Assembly: GCA_024704765.1 (NCBI GenBank)
Contig: JAKMXF010000277.1
Span: 310,001-374,000 of the forward strand
Reading direction: 5' to 3'
Length of the DNA stretch: 64,000 nucleotides
Source: Oopsacas minuta
Lineage: Eukaryota > Animalia > Porifera
The position numbers and the translations under genes were made by a program. Positions 11,424 to 24,815 of the stretch are shown here, piece after piece (position 1 is the stretch's first letter; each line of letters starts with the position of its first letter). Under the pieces are notes generated by a model. It was not told the DNA's origin and did no database searches. It saw nothing but the letters and a program-made list of their open reading frames with translations.

Positions 11424-12446
11424 TTAATTCTGAGTCAAAAACTGACGTATAATACTGTTAACCTCTACAGGCATATCTTGCTGCATCCAATGTCCACAGC
11501 GAATAATCTTATTCTCCACACGCTGGACATACTTCTCGTGACCTTCAGCCATTTTCGTTGAGATAAAAGGATCATGTTCTCCATTCAGAATCAAAGTTGG
11601 CACGTAAATGTAATCATAAACAATTCCTTCTCTCAGAAAATGAGTAAATACATTCCTGATATAGTTAATCGGACCGGTGAATGCACGATTTTGTGAGAAT
11701 GTATACAGAAAACTTTGCATATCTTCATCTGTAAATATTTCGCGATTTGTAAATCCATATTTTCTGCTTCGAAAAAGACTTTTAAACGCCCTGAAATCCT
11801 CCATCCTCATTAACATTTCAGGAAGATATGGTAATTGATAGAAAATAAAATACCATTGTCTGAATAACGAATCATTTTCGAGGTTAACTAAATCATTGTA
11901 CCTTCCAGGATGCGGACAGCACATAACTACGAATTTCTCAACCAAATCCGACCGTGTAAGTACAACTCCCCAACCAAACAGACCACCCCAATCATGACAA
12001 AGCAATGTACACTTATCAACACCAAGGTTTTTCAACAATTTAATGACGTCATCAACTGTATTGGTTATTGTGTATGCTGATTTATTCAATGGTTTATCAC
12101 TTTCTCCATATCCACGTAGATCTACAGCAATCACACGATAATCCTTGTTAAACTCTCGTATCTGGTAACGCCACGAGTACCAGAATTCAGGGAAACCATG
12201 TAGCATCAACATTACTGGCGCGTTTTCTGGTCCACTAATAACGCAATGTAGTTTGATACCATTAACAGTTATGAATTGATGCATTCCTAGTGACTGATCT
12301 TGTAGTGAAGGAGGACATGTGTATATTTTACGTGGAGTGAATAGTTTAGATGGGTGGAGTAGGAAATAGAAAAAGATCTTTAAGAATATCATTATGATAT
12401 TAAAGCAGGAATACACGAATAATAAGGCTATTCGTGATCTCTTCAT
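11424..12446 (-). CDS. Epoxide hydrolase, EPHX3/EPHX4 type (copy 1)
   Basis: N-terminal hydrophobic anchor, HGFPEFWYSW, DLRGYG, HDWGG nucleophile Asp, lid Tyr residues, GEHD acid and GHW His. Confidence 0.92.
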   Translation of the reverse strand: MKRSRIALLFVYSCFNIIMIFLKIFFYFLLHPSKLFTPRKIYTCPPSLQDQSLGMHQFITVNGIKLHCVISGPENAPVMLMLHGFPEFWYSWRYQIREFNKDYRVIAVDLRGYGESDKPLNKSAYTITNTVDDVIKLLKNLGVDKCTLLCHDWGGLFGWGVVLTRSDLVEKFVVMCCPHPGRYNDLVNLENDSLFRQWYFIFYQLPYLPEMLMRMEDFRAFKSLFRSRKYGFTNREIFTDEDMQSFLYTFSQNRAFTGPINYIRNVFTHFLREGIVYDYIYVPTLILNGEHDPFISTKMAEGHEKYVQRVENKIIRCGHWMQQDMPVEVNSIIRQFLTQN

Positions 12447-13183
12447 TCTAAAAGTTCAGGTAAATAATTGGTCAGTGATAGAGACACGATTAAATATACG
12501 AATTTATCCTATTAATAAGACTAAAGAAATTTTAGAGTTGAACGATTTTGAATGATGGACATTACCCCGTGATACACATGTTACAACTTTATCAATTAAA
12601 TTCAATCTACATATGTTGTATGAAGTAATGAACAATTGATAAGGAATGATTGAATGATTCTGAATGAATGTATGTAATTATCAATTACAATAGAAATGAT
12701 CAATTGTATTAGCCGATTACGGCTGAAGTGTTACGTTCTTAATGATTACAAATGCCGTCCCTGTATTCACTATTCGAGCTGATAACTATTTATTGCTTAA
12801 GGGTTCTTAGGAATTTGTTCTTATCTGGTGTTAGATTTAATTGATTTAATTCTCATTGAAAGTCATTTAACATAATTGGAAATACAAATGTCCGAAGTTT
12901 GTAATACAAATATAGTTCACTGCTACCAAAGACAAGCCAGTCAAAACTCGGCAGGGTTTCAAGATTTAGACTGAGACGTCAATACCCAATCTTACAGGCC
13001 GAATCCCGATTGGTCCCATCTCTAGGTCGTAAAAATAAAATCTCCTGGATCGAATACAAATTTGAAAGATATTTCTCAATACGTAGAATTCTAAAATAAT
13101 TATACAATAAATCACGCAAATATTATATAAAGAATACTCAAAAAGTATACAAATAAAATTCCTAAACACTAGTAGCATAAACC

Positions 13184-14200
13184 TTAAGTTTCCAAAAACA
13201 CTCTGATCTCCTTATTAACCTCATCAGGACAATCCTGCTGTAGCCAATGACTCCCATTAATATTCTTAACCCTGATATCCTCAACATACTTCTCATTACC
13301 CTCGCCTAGCTCTAAACTTAAGAAAGCATCATGTACACCCATCATTAACAAAGTTGGTACTTCGACCTTTTGAGCCTTAGGGATTTTAATATCCTTCGCA
13401 AACATATTTCGGTAATAATATAAAGGACATTTGAGAGCATTTTCCTGTGAAAATGTGTACAGGAAAGCTTGCATAGAATCATCATCCATACGATGAGAAT
13501 TAATTAGCCCAGAGGCAGTTCCATGGAAAGTCCGCTTTAGCGATAAATAGTTATCAGCTCCGAGAGTTAATTCAGGGAGTAAAGGTATTTGGAATAGCAG
13601 CACATACCATTGACGCAGTAAGGTTGCGTTATCTGTTCTAACTAATTCCATATAACGTTTAGCATGTGGACAACATAATACAATGAATTTCTTAACTAAA
13701 TCAGGTCTCTGTTGTACAACGCGCCATGCAAGTATCCCGCCCCAATCATGTGCTACTAATATGCATTTATCCTGACACATAGAAGATATTAACTCTATTA
13801 TATCAGAGGTTAGTTGTTGTCTTGTGTATGCAGATTTATCCAATGGTTTATCACTTTCTCCATATCCACGTAGATCTACAGCAATCACACGATAATCCTT
13901 GTTAAACTCTCTTATCTGGTAACGCCACGAGTACCAGAATTCGGGGAAACCATGTAGCATCAACATTACTGGCGCGTTTTCTGGTCCACTTATAACGTAA
14001 TGTAGTTTGATGCCATTAACAGTTATGAATTGATGCATTCCTAGTGACTGATCTTGTAGTGAAGGAGGACAAGGAAATACTTTACGTCTTGCGAATATCC
14101 TTAGAGGGTGAGTAAGGAAATGTATTAACAATAACAGATATAATGTAACAATTCTATACAGTGTGTAACTGAATAGAAGTAGATATTGTCCTTTCCTCAT
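13184..14200 (-). CDS. Epoxide hydrolase, EPHX3/EPHX4 type (copy 2, tandem paralog)
   Basis: Same motif set: HGFP, HDWGG, GVHD, SHW. Confidence 0.92.
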   Translation of the reverse strand: MRKGQYLLLFSYTLYRIVTLYLLLLIHFLTHPLRIFARRKVFPCPPSLQDQSLGMHQFITVNGIKLHYVISGPENAPVMLMLHGFPEFWYSWRYQIREFNKDYRVIAVDLRGYGESDKPLDKSAYTRQQLTSDIIELISSMCQDKCILVAHDWGGILAWRVVQQRPDLVKKFIVLCCPHAKRYMELVRTDNATLLRQWYVLLFQIPLLPELTLGADNYLSLKRTFHGTASGLINSHRMDDDSMQAFLYTFSQENALKCPLYYYRNMFAKDIKIPKAQKVEVPTLLMMGVHDAFLSLELGEGNEKYVEDIRVKNINGSHWLQQDCPDEVNKEIRVFLET

Positions 14201-15478
14201 TTTATAGAAAATCTAATCTAAAGTCTAATTGGTAGCAATCAAAAACATACAATAGAACCTCGATAAGTGGGGGAAGTCAGGCCGGTGAATCTCCTGATAA
14301 CCCCTCATTCCCCATTTATCATTTCAAATGTAAATATCCTTAAACAAGAGATATTTGAGTCAATATGTATTACGACTATTTTTCAACAATATTATATTAT
14401 TATTATTATATGGCCTAAAGTTGTTGGTTGAATATAAAAATTAGCAAAAAATATTCTCTGAGAAATCCAAAAATTTCAATTCATCATAGCGAAAAATATG
14501 TTTTTATCCAAATGTAGCACAAAAATTGATTATTTAAGAAAATTTTTCATAGAATTCAACACTTATGGTGGCAAATTTCAGTGATAAATTCCTCTAAAGT
14601 ATGCTCCATTCCTGTGAAAATGAATAAAGGGGGACCAAAATTGCCCGCTTATAGAGTTATAGAAGGTGCACTGTACTATGTAATGCCATAGGCGCCAACT
14701 TTGGGTACCTGGAACCCAGGTTTTGAGGGCGGAGGCATGTGAAAGTTACATAGAGGTAGCAGCAATTTCGCATGGTGGAGCCCCAGGTTTGATTTTGTTT
14801 CTTAAGACTTGGCGCCAATGTATAACACATATCTATACCTATATCAATAAGATAATGTGTATTAATAAATCAATAAGCAAACAGGGGATCCGGGCGATGG
14901 AACACAAAGAATATCCCTCGAATTCTTTGTATATACACCAATATAAATTATTCCGGTTATAAGAACATTATGCCCAGTTCCCGACGATGTTCTTATAACC
15001 GGTATTGACTGTACTACAAGCCAATGACTTGGGCGCCACATAACACCCTCTACCTTGAATTGGTGCAGTAAAAGTGAAGATTTGAATTCAGGAAAGAATT
15101 TCATATGGAACAGATTCCTTAAGTAAATGTGTTCAAATTAAGAGGAAGCTATTATATATAGTTTCCAGGGAAAATAATAAACAGTGGAACCTGTATAAAC
15201 CGACACCTGTATACCCATATAATCCGACAGTGTTTTTGATCTGAAATAGCTTCCGGCAATACAAATTCCCTGCATAATCCGACAAAATTTTCATGTCTTA
15301 ACAAGCGCCGGTTTATGCAGGTTCCACTGTATTTCAATTAATCTAAGCCCAAATTGGCCAAACTCGAATAAACGTTATAATACTCCACGGCTGTTAACAT
15401 ACGTAAATCTAAGCTAAAATGCATATACAGAATGTAATTGATATAAATGAATATAGAAGATATATGAAAACAAAAATA

Positions 15479-18400
15479 CTAAATAGAAGTTTGTTGCTTT
15501 CCTTTCGAAGAACTGCTCTGAATTGGAGTGAAACAGTCCTTCAAAAATTTCTCATACAAAACTTCTAAATTCAAAACAATTGAATCAAAATCATTATTCG
15601 GCATTCCAATCTGTTTTAGATCCTCATTCATTTCCTTTGATACTTTTAATATTGACCCTACAGTCAATTTAATCGAAGAAACTAACTGAAAGTTGATAAG
15701 CCCGTTCAGATCCTTTGCAACCACGTCAATTGTCACACGAATAAAATGACATGTTACATTTACAATTTTCAATAATACTTCCGGTTGTTTATTCCAATTA
15801 GAATCCTGTTTCACAATTGAATGTGCTTTCTGCATATGCAATAAACCTTTATGCCGATCGCTATCTTTGTCAGAAGAGGTTAAAAGTTGTGAGTAAAGTT
15901 CCCAAAGATCTGCATCATTCGTAACCATAGAAGTTACTCTACCGAAAAGAACAACCAATTTACTTCTATGTTTAGAACAAGGACATTGTGCTGAATCAAA
16001 ATCATTCGCTACAACTGAATCAACTAGCAATTTCAAACTATCAGGATTCAAATGTTTTGGTTTAACATCGAGCAAACGGTGATATGTAGCTATTGCTTCT
16101 GTAATGTGTCCAATACGTGAAGCTACGAGCACAAAATTATCAAGAACCTGCCAATCATCAAAGGTGTTACTCTTCGCTTCTTGCAGTGCTTTATACGCTA
16201 ATTCATGTGAATTTACTTGCAAAAAAGCAGTCGCAAGGTTACTCCACGCGTGTGCATTGTCCGGATCAAGAATAACAGCCTTTTGATATGCTTTTATAGC
16301 TAATTGCGGTTTTTTACTCTTTAATGCAGACCAACCAAGACTAAAACATAAAGACGGTTGTAATGCATTCAATTCTAGAGAAGTCTCGAGGTATGGAACA
16401 CTTTTTTCATATTCTTTAATATTAAGATAGTATAATCCCAAAGATTTCTGTGCACGGAAACTTTTAAATGATGACAATGTCCAAGCTTTTTCATAGTAAG
16501 TAATATTCTTTGTAATATCTCCTAATGTACACCAAAGATCTGCTGTTTCTTGCTGTGAAATTTGTTTCCTCACGAGTTCCTCTGCTTGACCTGAGAGAAC
16601 ATTCATTAATGGTAATAATTAGATCATGAGTAATACTATTAGAGTATGCGAGTGAGATACAGGATCATGAATTTCATCCAGGTTCAGATGCGTAGCCACT
16701 AGCCAGGGTGCAACATTACAGGAATGCTACACCTGAAAGCATATTACGTGTGCCACCCAAAATTACATAAATTAATCGCGAGTATTCTTCTAAACTAAAT
16801 ATCTAAAAGAATAATCATTATGCCAGTATGGCAACCCTACACAATTAGCTACATTTTATATAGAAAAGACGGTTGGAGCTGGGAATACAGCCCTCCCGTC
16901 CCATTGTACTAGACAATGATAACTTTGGTTCACAAGTACAGATCTTTCTGTGGAATGTTACTTAAAACTAAATTCAGAAATCTATTCTACTTAACTCTGA
17001 TTTTTAATGAATAGTATATGGGAGCTTTTAAAAGAATTGAAATTTGATAATATATTAACAAAGTATCACATATAGGACTGTAGAACATTACAAATTCATC
17101 CTTGATAATTATTGTTTGATACACAAGTAATTAGGATAATATATTTGAGACAGTCGTATTGCAGCTAGGGTCTGTTTATAATTGTACTATACGTCCAGTA
17201 TTGAAATGATTGGCTTCCTATTTTTGCTTCTTAAAAATTCGGGGAGTTTTTGGTGATTAAATAATGGTATTCTTACAACTTTCATAAAAAGCAAAATTGA
17301 TGCTACATTACCTAAATTCCAATCAAACTAACCTAATTTTCCCTGTGACTTGAAGCACTGTACTAATTCCTCCCACATTTCTAGCTCCTTATATATATCA
17401 CTAGCAGATTGTGTACAACCAAGTGATTGCAGCAGAGCAGCTAATCTAGCTTTAACCTTCCATCTGGGTGGAAATGGTAACGTGTAAATTAACGATACAC
17501 GATAGTGTAATTGAGTTGGATCAACTTTAGCACACAACAGCGTGTTCAATATTTCCAATTGTCTCATGCTACGCTCAATAGTACGCGTTTTGTTACTCTC
17601 TAATATGCTACGTTGATACAGGACAGTAGCTTGAATTGACCATAGAGTTGGGGTAGATAGAAGTGGTTGTAGATAAGCCATTATCTCTTCTTTAGACTGG
17701 GGATTCTGTGGAGATGCTCGTGTCATCTCGTGAACACGAGCTAGAATGAGAGCTTGTTGAATGGGAGATAGATCGTGATCTTGTTCCAGTTTATCACCAG
17801 AGAACTATAAAGAAGGATACAGTATTACAGTAGACTAGGGCTTATCAAATCGCTGCTCGCGAGCTTAATCTTGGTGCACGTGACAATCACAAGTGAAATG
17901 ATATCGAGTATCGACGAAACTAATTGAAAAGTTCCACATTTGACTGCACAAGGATATATGGAGATATCTACACCTTAAATAATCTGGAATATCCGAGACG
18001 AAATAAACAAAAGTATTATTCATTGAAAAAGCATTAAAGAAGATTGATAATTTGTAGAAATTTGTCCAATTTTGAAATTCACACATCAGCATCCGCATCA
18101 GTAACAGCATCTACGGAGGATAAAAATTTCATGTCTAATTTCTGAGCTGTAAATCCTAGTATGCTCTAGCCCTCTAGGGGGAAAAGCTCTTGTAATTTAA
18201 TAGAGTTAGAATTGTAATCGGTACAGAAAGTGTATATTTCTCGTACAGGGCCCCCTAAGATTATTGTGCGGAGATAATAGTTTGACATAACTGCTTTGCC
18301 GATGGGCATTACGTCATTGCGTATAATTAACTTATATGTCGGCCAATTTTTTCTATCCACTTTCAGTGTATTGAGAGGTAACTTTGTATTTTTGAGGGGT

Positions 18401-21400
18401 TAGGGTTTGTCAAATATAAATATTCTCTCTGACATAGTACAAATAAACTGATTTATATGGCTTAGAATCTTTAGATCGTGATTCAATTATCGCTCTTATC
18501 TTATGGGAAACAAATATTCTAGCAAACATTCCAGACCCCTGAATCCGTCTCTTAGATACGATTCGTACAAGCGAACTATTCGTGTTGAGCCTATAGGAAT
18601 CAATTTCACACCTAGAAGTATAGCTGTTGAGGACACAACATGTCATTTATACGTCACTAACGGAACTGCTATATCTGTTTTCACACCTGATTGTGTACAC
18701 ATAACCACATTCCATTGTCCATATATGGTAAACATGTTTGCCATAGCTTTGTACGCTAATGGTATCTATGCAATGGACTACACGTCCCTATTACTTATGA
18801 GAGAGGACATGAATGTATGTAACATATACAGAAAGGAGGAAATTGATATATCCAATTTGGCTATCTCACAAGAAGATGAAGTATATATGGTAGATACAGG
18901 CAGTTCTAGAGTAATAGTTCTATGTTGTAACTCACTGGAGTATACCAGGGAGATCTCATGTAAATCCATGATACGTCCGGTTGATGTTAAACTAACATCT
19001 AGTGACCTGTATGTGCTATCGGAAAACGGAGATCCCCGCATGCACGTATTCTCTCACAGAGGGACTTTACGTTACAGTTTAGATACCCGAGTTAAAACGA
19101 TACACAAGACAATATTCGGGACATACAACTTTTGTATTGATATACATGGTAATCTGTTGGTTAGCGACTTTTTTATGAGAGCTGTCGTTGTCTACAACAA
19201 ACATGGAGAATATTTGCATACGCTAGGTAATAAATTCTTTGATGGTCATGTATTAGGAATATCTTTTGTAAATGAACATAGTTTAGTTATTGCGTGTTCT
19301 AATACATTAATTGTGTTTTCTGATCATTAAAGTATATATTGTTAAGGATATATGAAAAGCAGTCCAATGTGGAGCATGAGCCCCTCTCTAATCTGACCTG
19401 CCCCCTGCTGCTCCCTACCTCTGCACCCTTCTTTTTCCTTATATGAATGATTTGAATATTTTTGTATTGACACTTTGTATTTAATGATTTCTTATCTTCC
19501 TAAGTGTATTATTATATTTATTACATTATTTTTGAGTCATTTCTAGATTCAATGTTGAGAATTCTGCTAGGAACTTGAGGAGGCTGCCCCTTCTGATATA
19601 ATATTGGTCCCCTTTGATTTGGGTTTGGATCCGCTTCATTAAAATGTGTAAAATATGACTTATTTTATGATTAATCCTGTTGATATAAATTGAAATTTTT
19701 ACAATCAGAGTCTACAAGATCGATTATACATGACTAGCAGTTGAAACGAATTTTAGCATTATTTCGAAATGTATTTCAAAGGGCATATCATTCATATTAA
19801 GTTTTGCGACACTTAATGTCCCGCAAAAACTTGCCAAATACATTAAGTAACACAAACTACCTGAATATATCCCAGAAGAGTATCATCATCTAAAGGAATA
19901 TTCTCAATCTTCTCTTTATAACTCCCAATTGGGAAATGATAGAATAACTGCGGCAAATCTTTATTCTTTAAAATCATCAAAACTAACTGCGCTTTTTCAT
20001 CAATCTGGAATTTCGTCCGTTTTCCAAGTTCTCCTGTCACTTCAAGTTTGATACAGAGTTCCTTCTCAACAGTTTCAAGTATACTTTTACACTTTTGATA
20101 ATCATAATATCCCAAATAACAAAGTGCAAACTCAATCTTAAACTCACAACTCAACTCCAAATATCCTCCTATAAACTCCAATATCTTTTCATAATAGTTA
20201 TTTTGTATAGATTTAATCCTGTCCCATAAAGTAGGTGATGGGTGAGGGAATAATTGTTGTTTGGTGCAATATAGACGGAATAACATCCAGTGACAAGCTA
20301 ATAAGTCTGTTTGTGTATCTGATAGGAATGTTAGGATTAGCTCTGATAGGTTTAGAAGGAGAGGAGAGCTAGTTAGTTTATAAGCCGTCTGTCCATCTAG
20401 GAGATATGTCAAGGATTAGATCACTAACTGTATTATCCGAATGGCGGACAGTGTTGCCATAGTGGCATAATTCAAGCTTGTCTAGAAAAATTCTAGCATG
20501 AAATCTGTCTTAATGGTGTAACTATCTGGCTTACGTATTTATAGCATAATGAGCATTTATGAATAATGTATTGGAAAATATTATAGGAATCTGCTGGCCC
20601 CTAGCTTGCCACATAGTAATACAAATTTGTAGATTTTACAGTGTTGCACCGTTGCTAAATATACAACTATCTCATCTCTCATAATTGTATCCAGTATGAC
20701 TTAACTTAGTCTATAGTATGATTTTTATAAAATTAAGCATAATTCTAGCATAATTTCTAATCGACCATCTGGCAACACATAATTGGCAGATATTTATATT
20801 AGTTAACCATCCAGGATTTGACTTATGAATTGTACAATACAAATGACTTATTCTTGGTTTAACAAATTATTATGTCAAATTTGAGTTCAGTCATTTTCAT
20901 ATATTTATTATGAATAAACCAATTTTATCGCTGATACGTCACAAAAGAATGAGATAATGGTAATAAAACACCCCCGCGCATGGACAGGTGGATCTCATGG
21001 GGTTATATCTATCTTTCTAACAGTGGACTAATACAGATTTTCCTAATCTGCTTGCATAGCTTGTCTCATTGTAATACAAACTTTACACTTATTTACAGTA
21101 TTACTATACAAATATCTCAAAATTGTATCCAGTCTGACTTAAATTTATGACATAATTGTCATCAAATTTAACACAATTCTAACACAATTTGTTTAGTAAT
21201 TTCACGAATTTCGTATAATTTCTAATCGCCCATCTAACAACACAGCCGCTGACCTACAGTAATCTATCTTTATATTGAAAAGACGGTTGGAGCTGGGAAT
21301 ACAGCCCTCCCGTCCCATTGTACTAGACAATGATAACTTTGGTTCACAAGTACAGATACTACTGTGGAATGTTACTTAAACTAAATTCAGAAATCTATTC

Positions 21401-24400
21401 TATTTAACTCTGATTTTTAATGAATAGTATATGGGAGCTTTAAAAGAATTGAAATTTGATAATATATTAACAAAGTATCACATATAGGACTGTAGAACAT
21501 TACAAATTCATCCTTGATAATTATTGTTTGATACACAAGTAATTAGGATGATAATTGGATAATAGGATAGCAGCACTAGTATGTAACATAGACAGTCACT
21601 GATTCAACTATTCTTAATAGGGACGTACATAATAGTTCCTGGCATTTTGTTCCCATTAATCGGAGTTTCCAATGAACCAGAATTTCTTTTAATGATACTA
21701 TATATAGCAGCATTTCTCTAATTGATCAGTCGAGATCCCTCAAAGCAATTTACCCACTGTATTCTGCAGCCTTTCCCATCAAAGTACAAACTTTGATATT
21801 TGTGGATCGTTTGGTGCCTTCTGAGAAACAATATTGATAATAAAGAGAAAAATATTTGTCTCTAATCTGCTTAAACTTTGTCCCAATGTAACAATTATAC
21901 AAAATCTTATCCAATTACTTAACATATTAGAATTTACTCACATCGAAAGGAATTCGTCTTTATTCATTGAGCTACTCACTTTTCACTCAATAAGCAGAGT
22001 TTACCCCGTTAACTTTGATGGAAATGATTCCGTTCTTTGAGATTTGTCTCAATTAAGTGGAGTTGACTGTACATTATCAATTCATTGGACTGATGATTTA
22101 TTCATCCTTTATCCACGCGATCTTAACCCAATCGCGGTAATAAAGTGTATCTTTAACCTCCTTTATTAATGTAGGAAGTTAAAGCTACACTATAACTAAC
22201 GCTATTGAGTTATATTCTCATGAATTAAGGATGAATTTAGATATAGCCATCCAGTCAGTAAATCTATCCTTGTATACTTTGTTACTATAGTATCCAATTT
22301 CAATTCTTTTAAAAGCACCCATAGACTATTTATTTTAACCAGAATTAAGTTGGATAGATTTCTGAATTTAAATTAGGTAACAATTCCCGAAGAGATTCGT
22401 ATACTTGTGAACCCAAGTTAACACTGTCTAGTACAGTGGGACGGGAGGGCTGAATTCCCAGCTCCAACTGTCTTTTCAATATAAAAGATAGATTATTTAA
22501 CAATTGAGAGAAATATATAAATATTGGTTCTCAACGAGTTACTGAATAAGACCGAATTTTATCAAGACTGGAATAAGACCCACACTTACCAATCCGTTCT
22601 ACAAATTTCCCTGGATTTTCATTTCCAAATGAAAATACCAATTCTAGGACACGCTTACGTCGCTTCTAAATACTCTCATCCACTCACAGCCTGATACAGA
22701 TCCAACGATAGTTCAATCAAATACCACCCCAGTTATCCGAACGAGTGTGCTCAAGCCAAGCTCGGTCTTATTCATGTTTCCCTTCTTAACTAAACTCATT
22801 TAATAAATTTGAATTTAACCAAGAAATCGATTATGAATATGTTCTCATTTCATTCCACTGACAAAGATGAGTGTAGTGATACCTCAAACATATGGGCTAT
22901 AATTATTCAAGCCAGAATAACGTTCAGGAACGTTGTGTCGGGTTTATTTTCCATAACTTGGACGCATGTCCGATTACTGTATATAGCCAAAACTCCTATG
23001 GATAATAATCATAACAATATTAAGAGAACAGAACTTAATACAAATATTATGATAATAGGATTTTGCGATCATTTGTATGTACTAACCTAGAGTACGTATT
23101 ATCCGAGTATTCTTCCTATACATTAGATAGAACAAAAATGGATTATCCGGTTTTGGAGAAAGTACGGCGTATCATCTGGATACCCCATAAGCCCATAAGG
23201 CTTGGGGAGAACTACACATAGTGGAACCTCGTTAATGCGAACATCAACGGATGGCCAAAATCACTTCATCCGAATTTCGTATTAACCGCAGTAATGCCAA
23301 TTGAATAACAATTATAGCGAACTGATTTTGTGTATTAACGAGGTCCATTGTGTATGTTAAGGCGCTAGCTCTATCTTTATAACTACAGTCAGGAGCGCTT
23401 ACTATGAACATTCTCATATTATGAACCAAGCAAGTGGCCTCAATCAATTATTTCCATAGGATTAGTATTAATATGAAGTCTCTTTATTAGTAACAAGATA
23501 TTTGACCCATTGGGATTCACAATAAGAGACACTGACTGTATTCTATAAATCCTCACCCAAATATAAGTTGGTTAGTCCATCAGTATTCCACAGTTTGATA
23601 ACCTCATTAGAAGGCATCCATGATACAATACTTGAGAGATCTACAATAGGACCTGTCCAGTTCATCTGTTTGAAGAGATGTAAGAAAGAAGAAGCGATTA
23701 ATAGCCAGCAAATGCCTAAGAAATGTCGATCCTCGGTAGCAGTTGATTCTGAGAAAGATTTGTTCATTGAGGCGTTAGCTAGCGTTACTACATGGTCCCA
23801 AGAACTGAAGATGTACTCACTCACCTGAAGAATAGAAGAAGCAAATAAAAACAAATGTAGAGTACAACCTCCATAAACTGGGTGCCAGGGAGGATGAAAA
23901 ATGCAACTCCGGTTTCCTCCTTCTGCCAAATTCCCCGATTGTGGAGGTTCATTTGCATGGGACTAGAAATTCGTTATATATATCTTTCACTTCTTTTCTA
24001 GAAATTCCTACAAGGGCCTAAGTAGTTTTACTGTATACGGTAGTGTAGTCAAATGGTGTGCTGCGGGCCTGCGACACATCTTTCAGGGCAGTCCCAGGTT
24101 CTGACATAATTATCAGTAGTCAGGTTGGGGAAAATATTTTTCAGAGTATTACTCTCATATAATCCTGTATTTAACGAGATGATCACTGGAGTTAATCATT
24201 TTTCACCAGGGATGGAAGTCGGTTATAGAAACTGTTTTTATAAGAGGCAGGGGGCGTCGCGACAGGAGGCATAGAGGACAATGTTCCCCTGGCAAACCCT
24301 TACGTCGGGACATGCCACTGGCGAATCCAGAGAGGGAATACATCTCCTACTAGGATAACCACCCTCTAATCAAGAAAACTATATCGAATTGTTAATTGCA

Positions 24401-24815
24401 TGAAAAGAACATGCTCTGACATGAGAATTGGGACAATGAAAATACAGTAAAATCCCATTATATCAAACATAATTTCATCTCTTATATCGAAGTGATTATC
24501 GCGGTACCTTGAGCTTCGAGAAAACGGGGGTTGACTGTTTGTAAATATATACGTATCTGAACCTACCTTTTTACTGATACCAAGCAGTCGCTGAGTGAGT
24601 AAATGATCCAGAACAGTCACAAACTTTCCTTCCACATAAATATCTAGCAGTTCACCAGCACAGCCTACCCATTGACTACCATCTACCTCACTGAGCATGT
24701 TTACAGGCTTGCTGACACGACTAGCTTGAGGTAGCAGTGCTTGTGCTGGAGGAGGCAATCTCTGTAGAGCTAGTATCTCAAGTTGTATATGATGGAAGTC
24801 TGGTGCTAGAGACAT
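15479..24815 (-). CDS. TTC27: Tetratricopeptide repeat protein 27, 5 exons, 878 aa
   Basis: Exons 24815-24567, 23824-23557, 20396-19861, 17804-17333 and 16590-15479. GT-AG introns with phases 0,1,0,1 join in frame. Motifs LFKQMNWTGP, LDGQTAY, TGELGKRTKFQ, LEMWEE, YEKAW.LS, AWSNL and LFGRVTS.VTND. Confidence 0.9.
18503..19330 (+). CDS. NHL/beta-propeller repeat protein nested antisense in TTC27 intron 3
   Basis: Repeats such as PRSIAV, IAL.ANGIY, LAI..EDEVYMVD, PVDVKL...LYV and FCIDIHGNLLVSD. MGNKYS fits the N-myristoylation consensus MGxxxS. Confidence 0.8.
   Translation: MGNKYSSKHSRPLNPSLRYDSYKRTIRVEPIGINFTPRSIAVEDTTCHLYVTNGTAISVFTPDCVHITTFHCPYMVNMFAIALYANGIYAMDYTSLLLMREDMNVCNIYRKEEIDISNLAISQEDEVYMVDTGSSRVIVLCCNSLEYTREISCKSMIRPVDVKLTSSDLYVLSENGDPRMHVFSHRGTLRYSLDTRVKTIHKTIFGTYNFCIDIHGNLLVSDFFMRAVVVYNKHGEYLHTLGNKFFDGHVLGISFVNEHSLVIACSNTLIVFSDH
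21260..22496. mobile_element. About 1.24 kb element with about 93-bp terminal inverted repeats in TTC27 intron 2; partial copy at about 16853-17150
   Basis: 21260-21352 is the reverse complement of about 22401-22496 (about 90% by eye). The left about 290 bp recur directly in TTC27 intron 4. Confidence 0.65.

Noticed and set aside
23825-23929. ORF-track N-terminus MAEGGNRS as a separate gene start
   Set aside because: It is intron 1 of TTC27, with a polypyrimidine tract and AG at 23826-23825.
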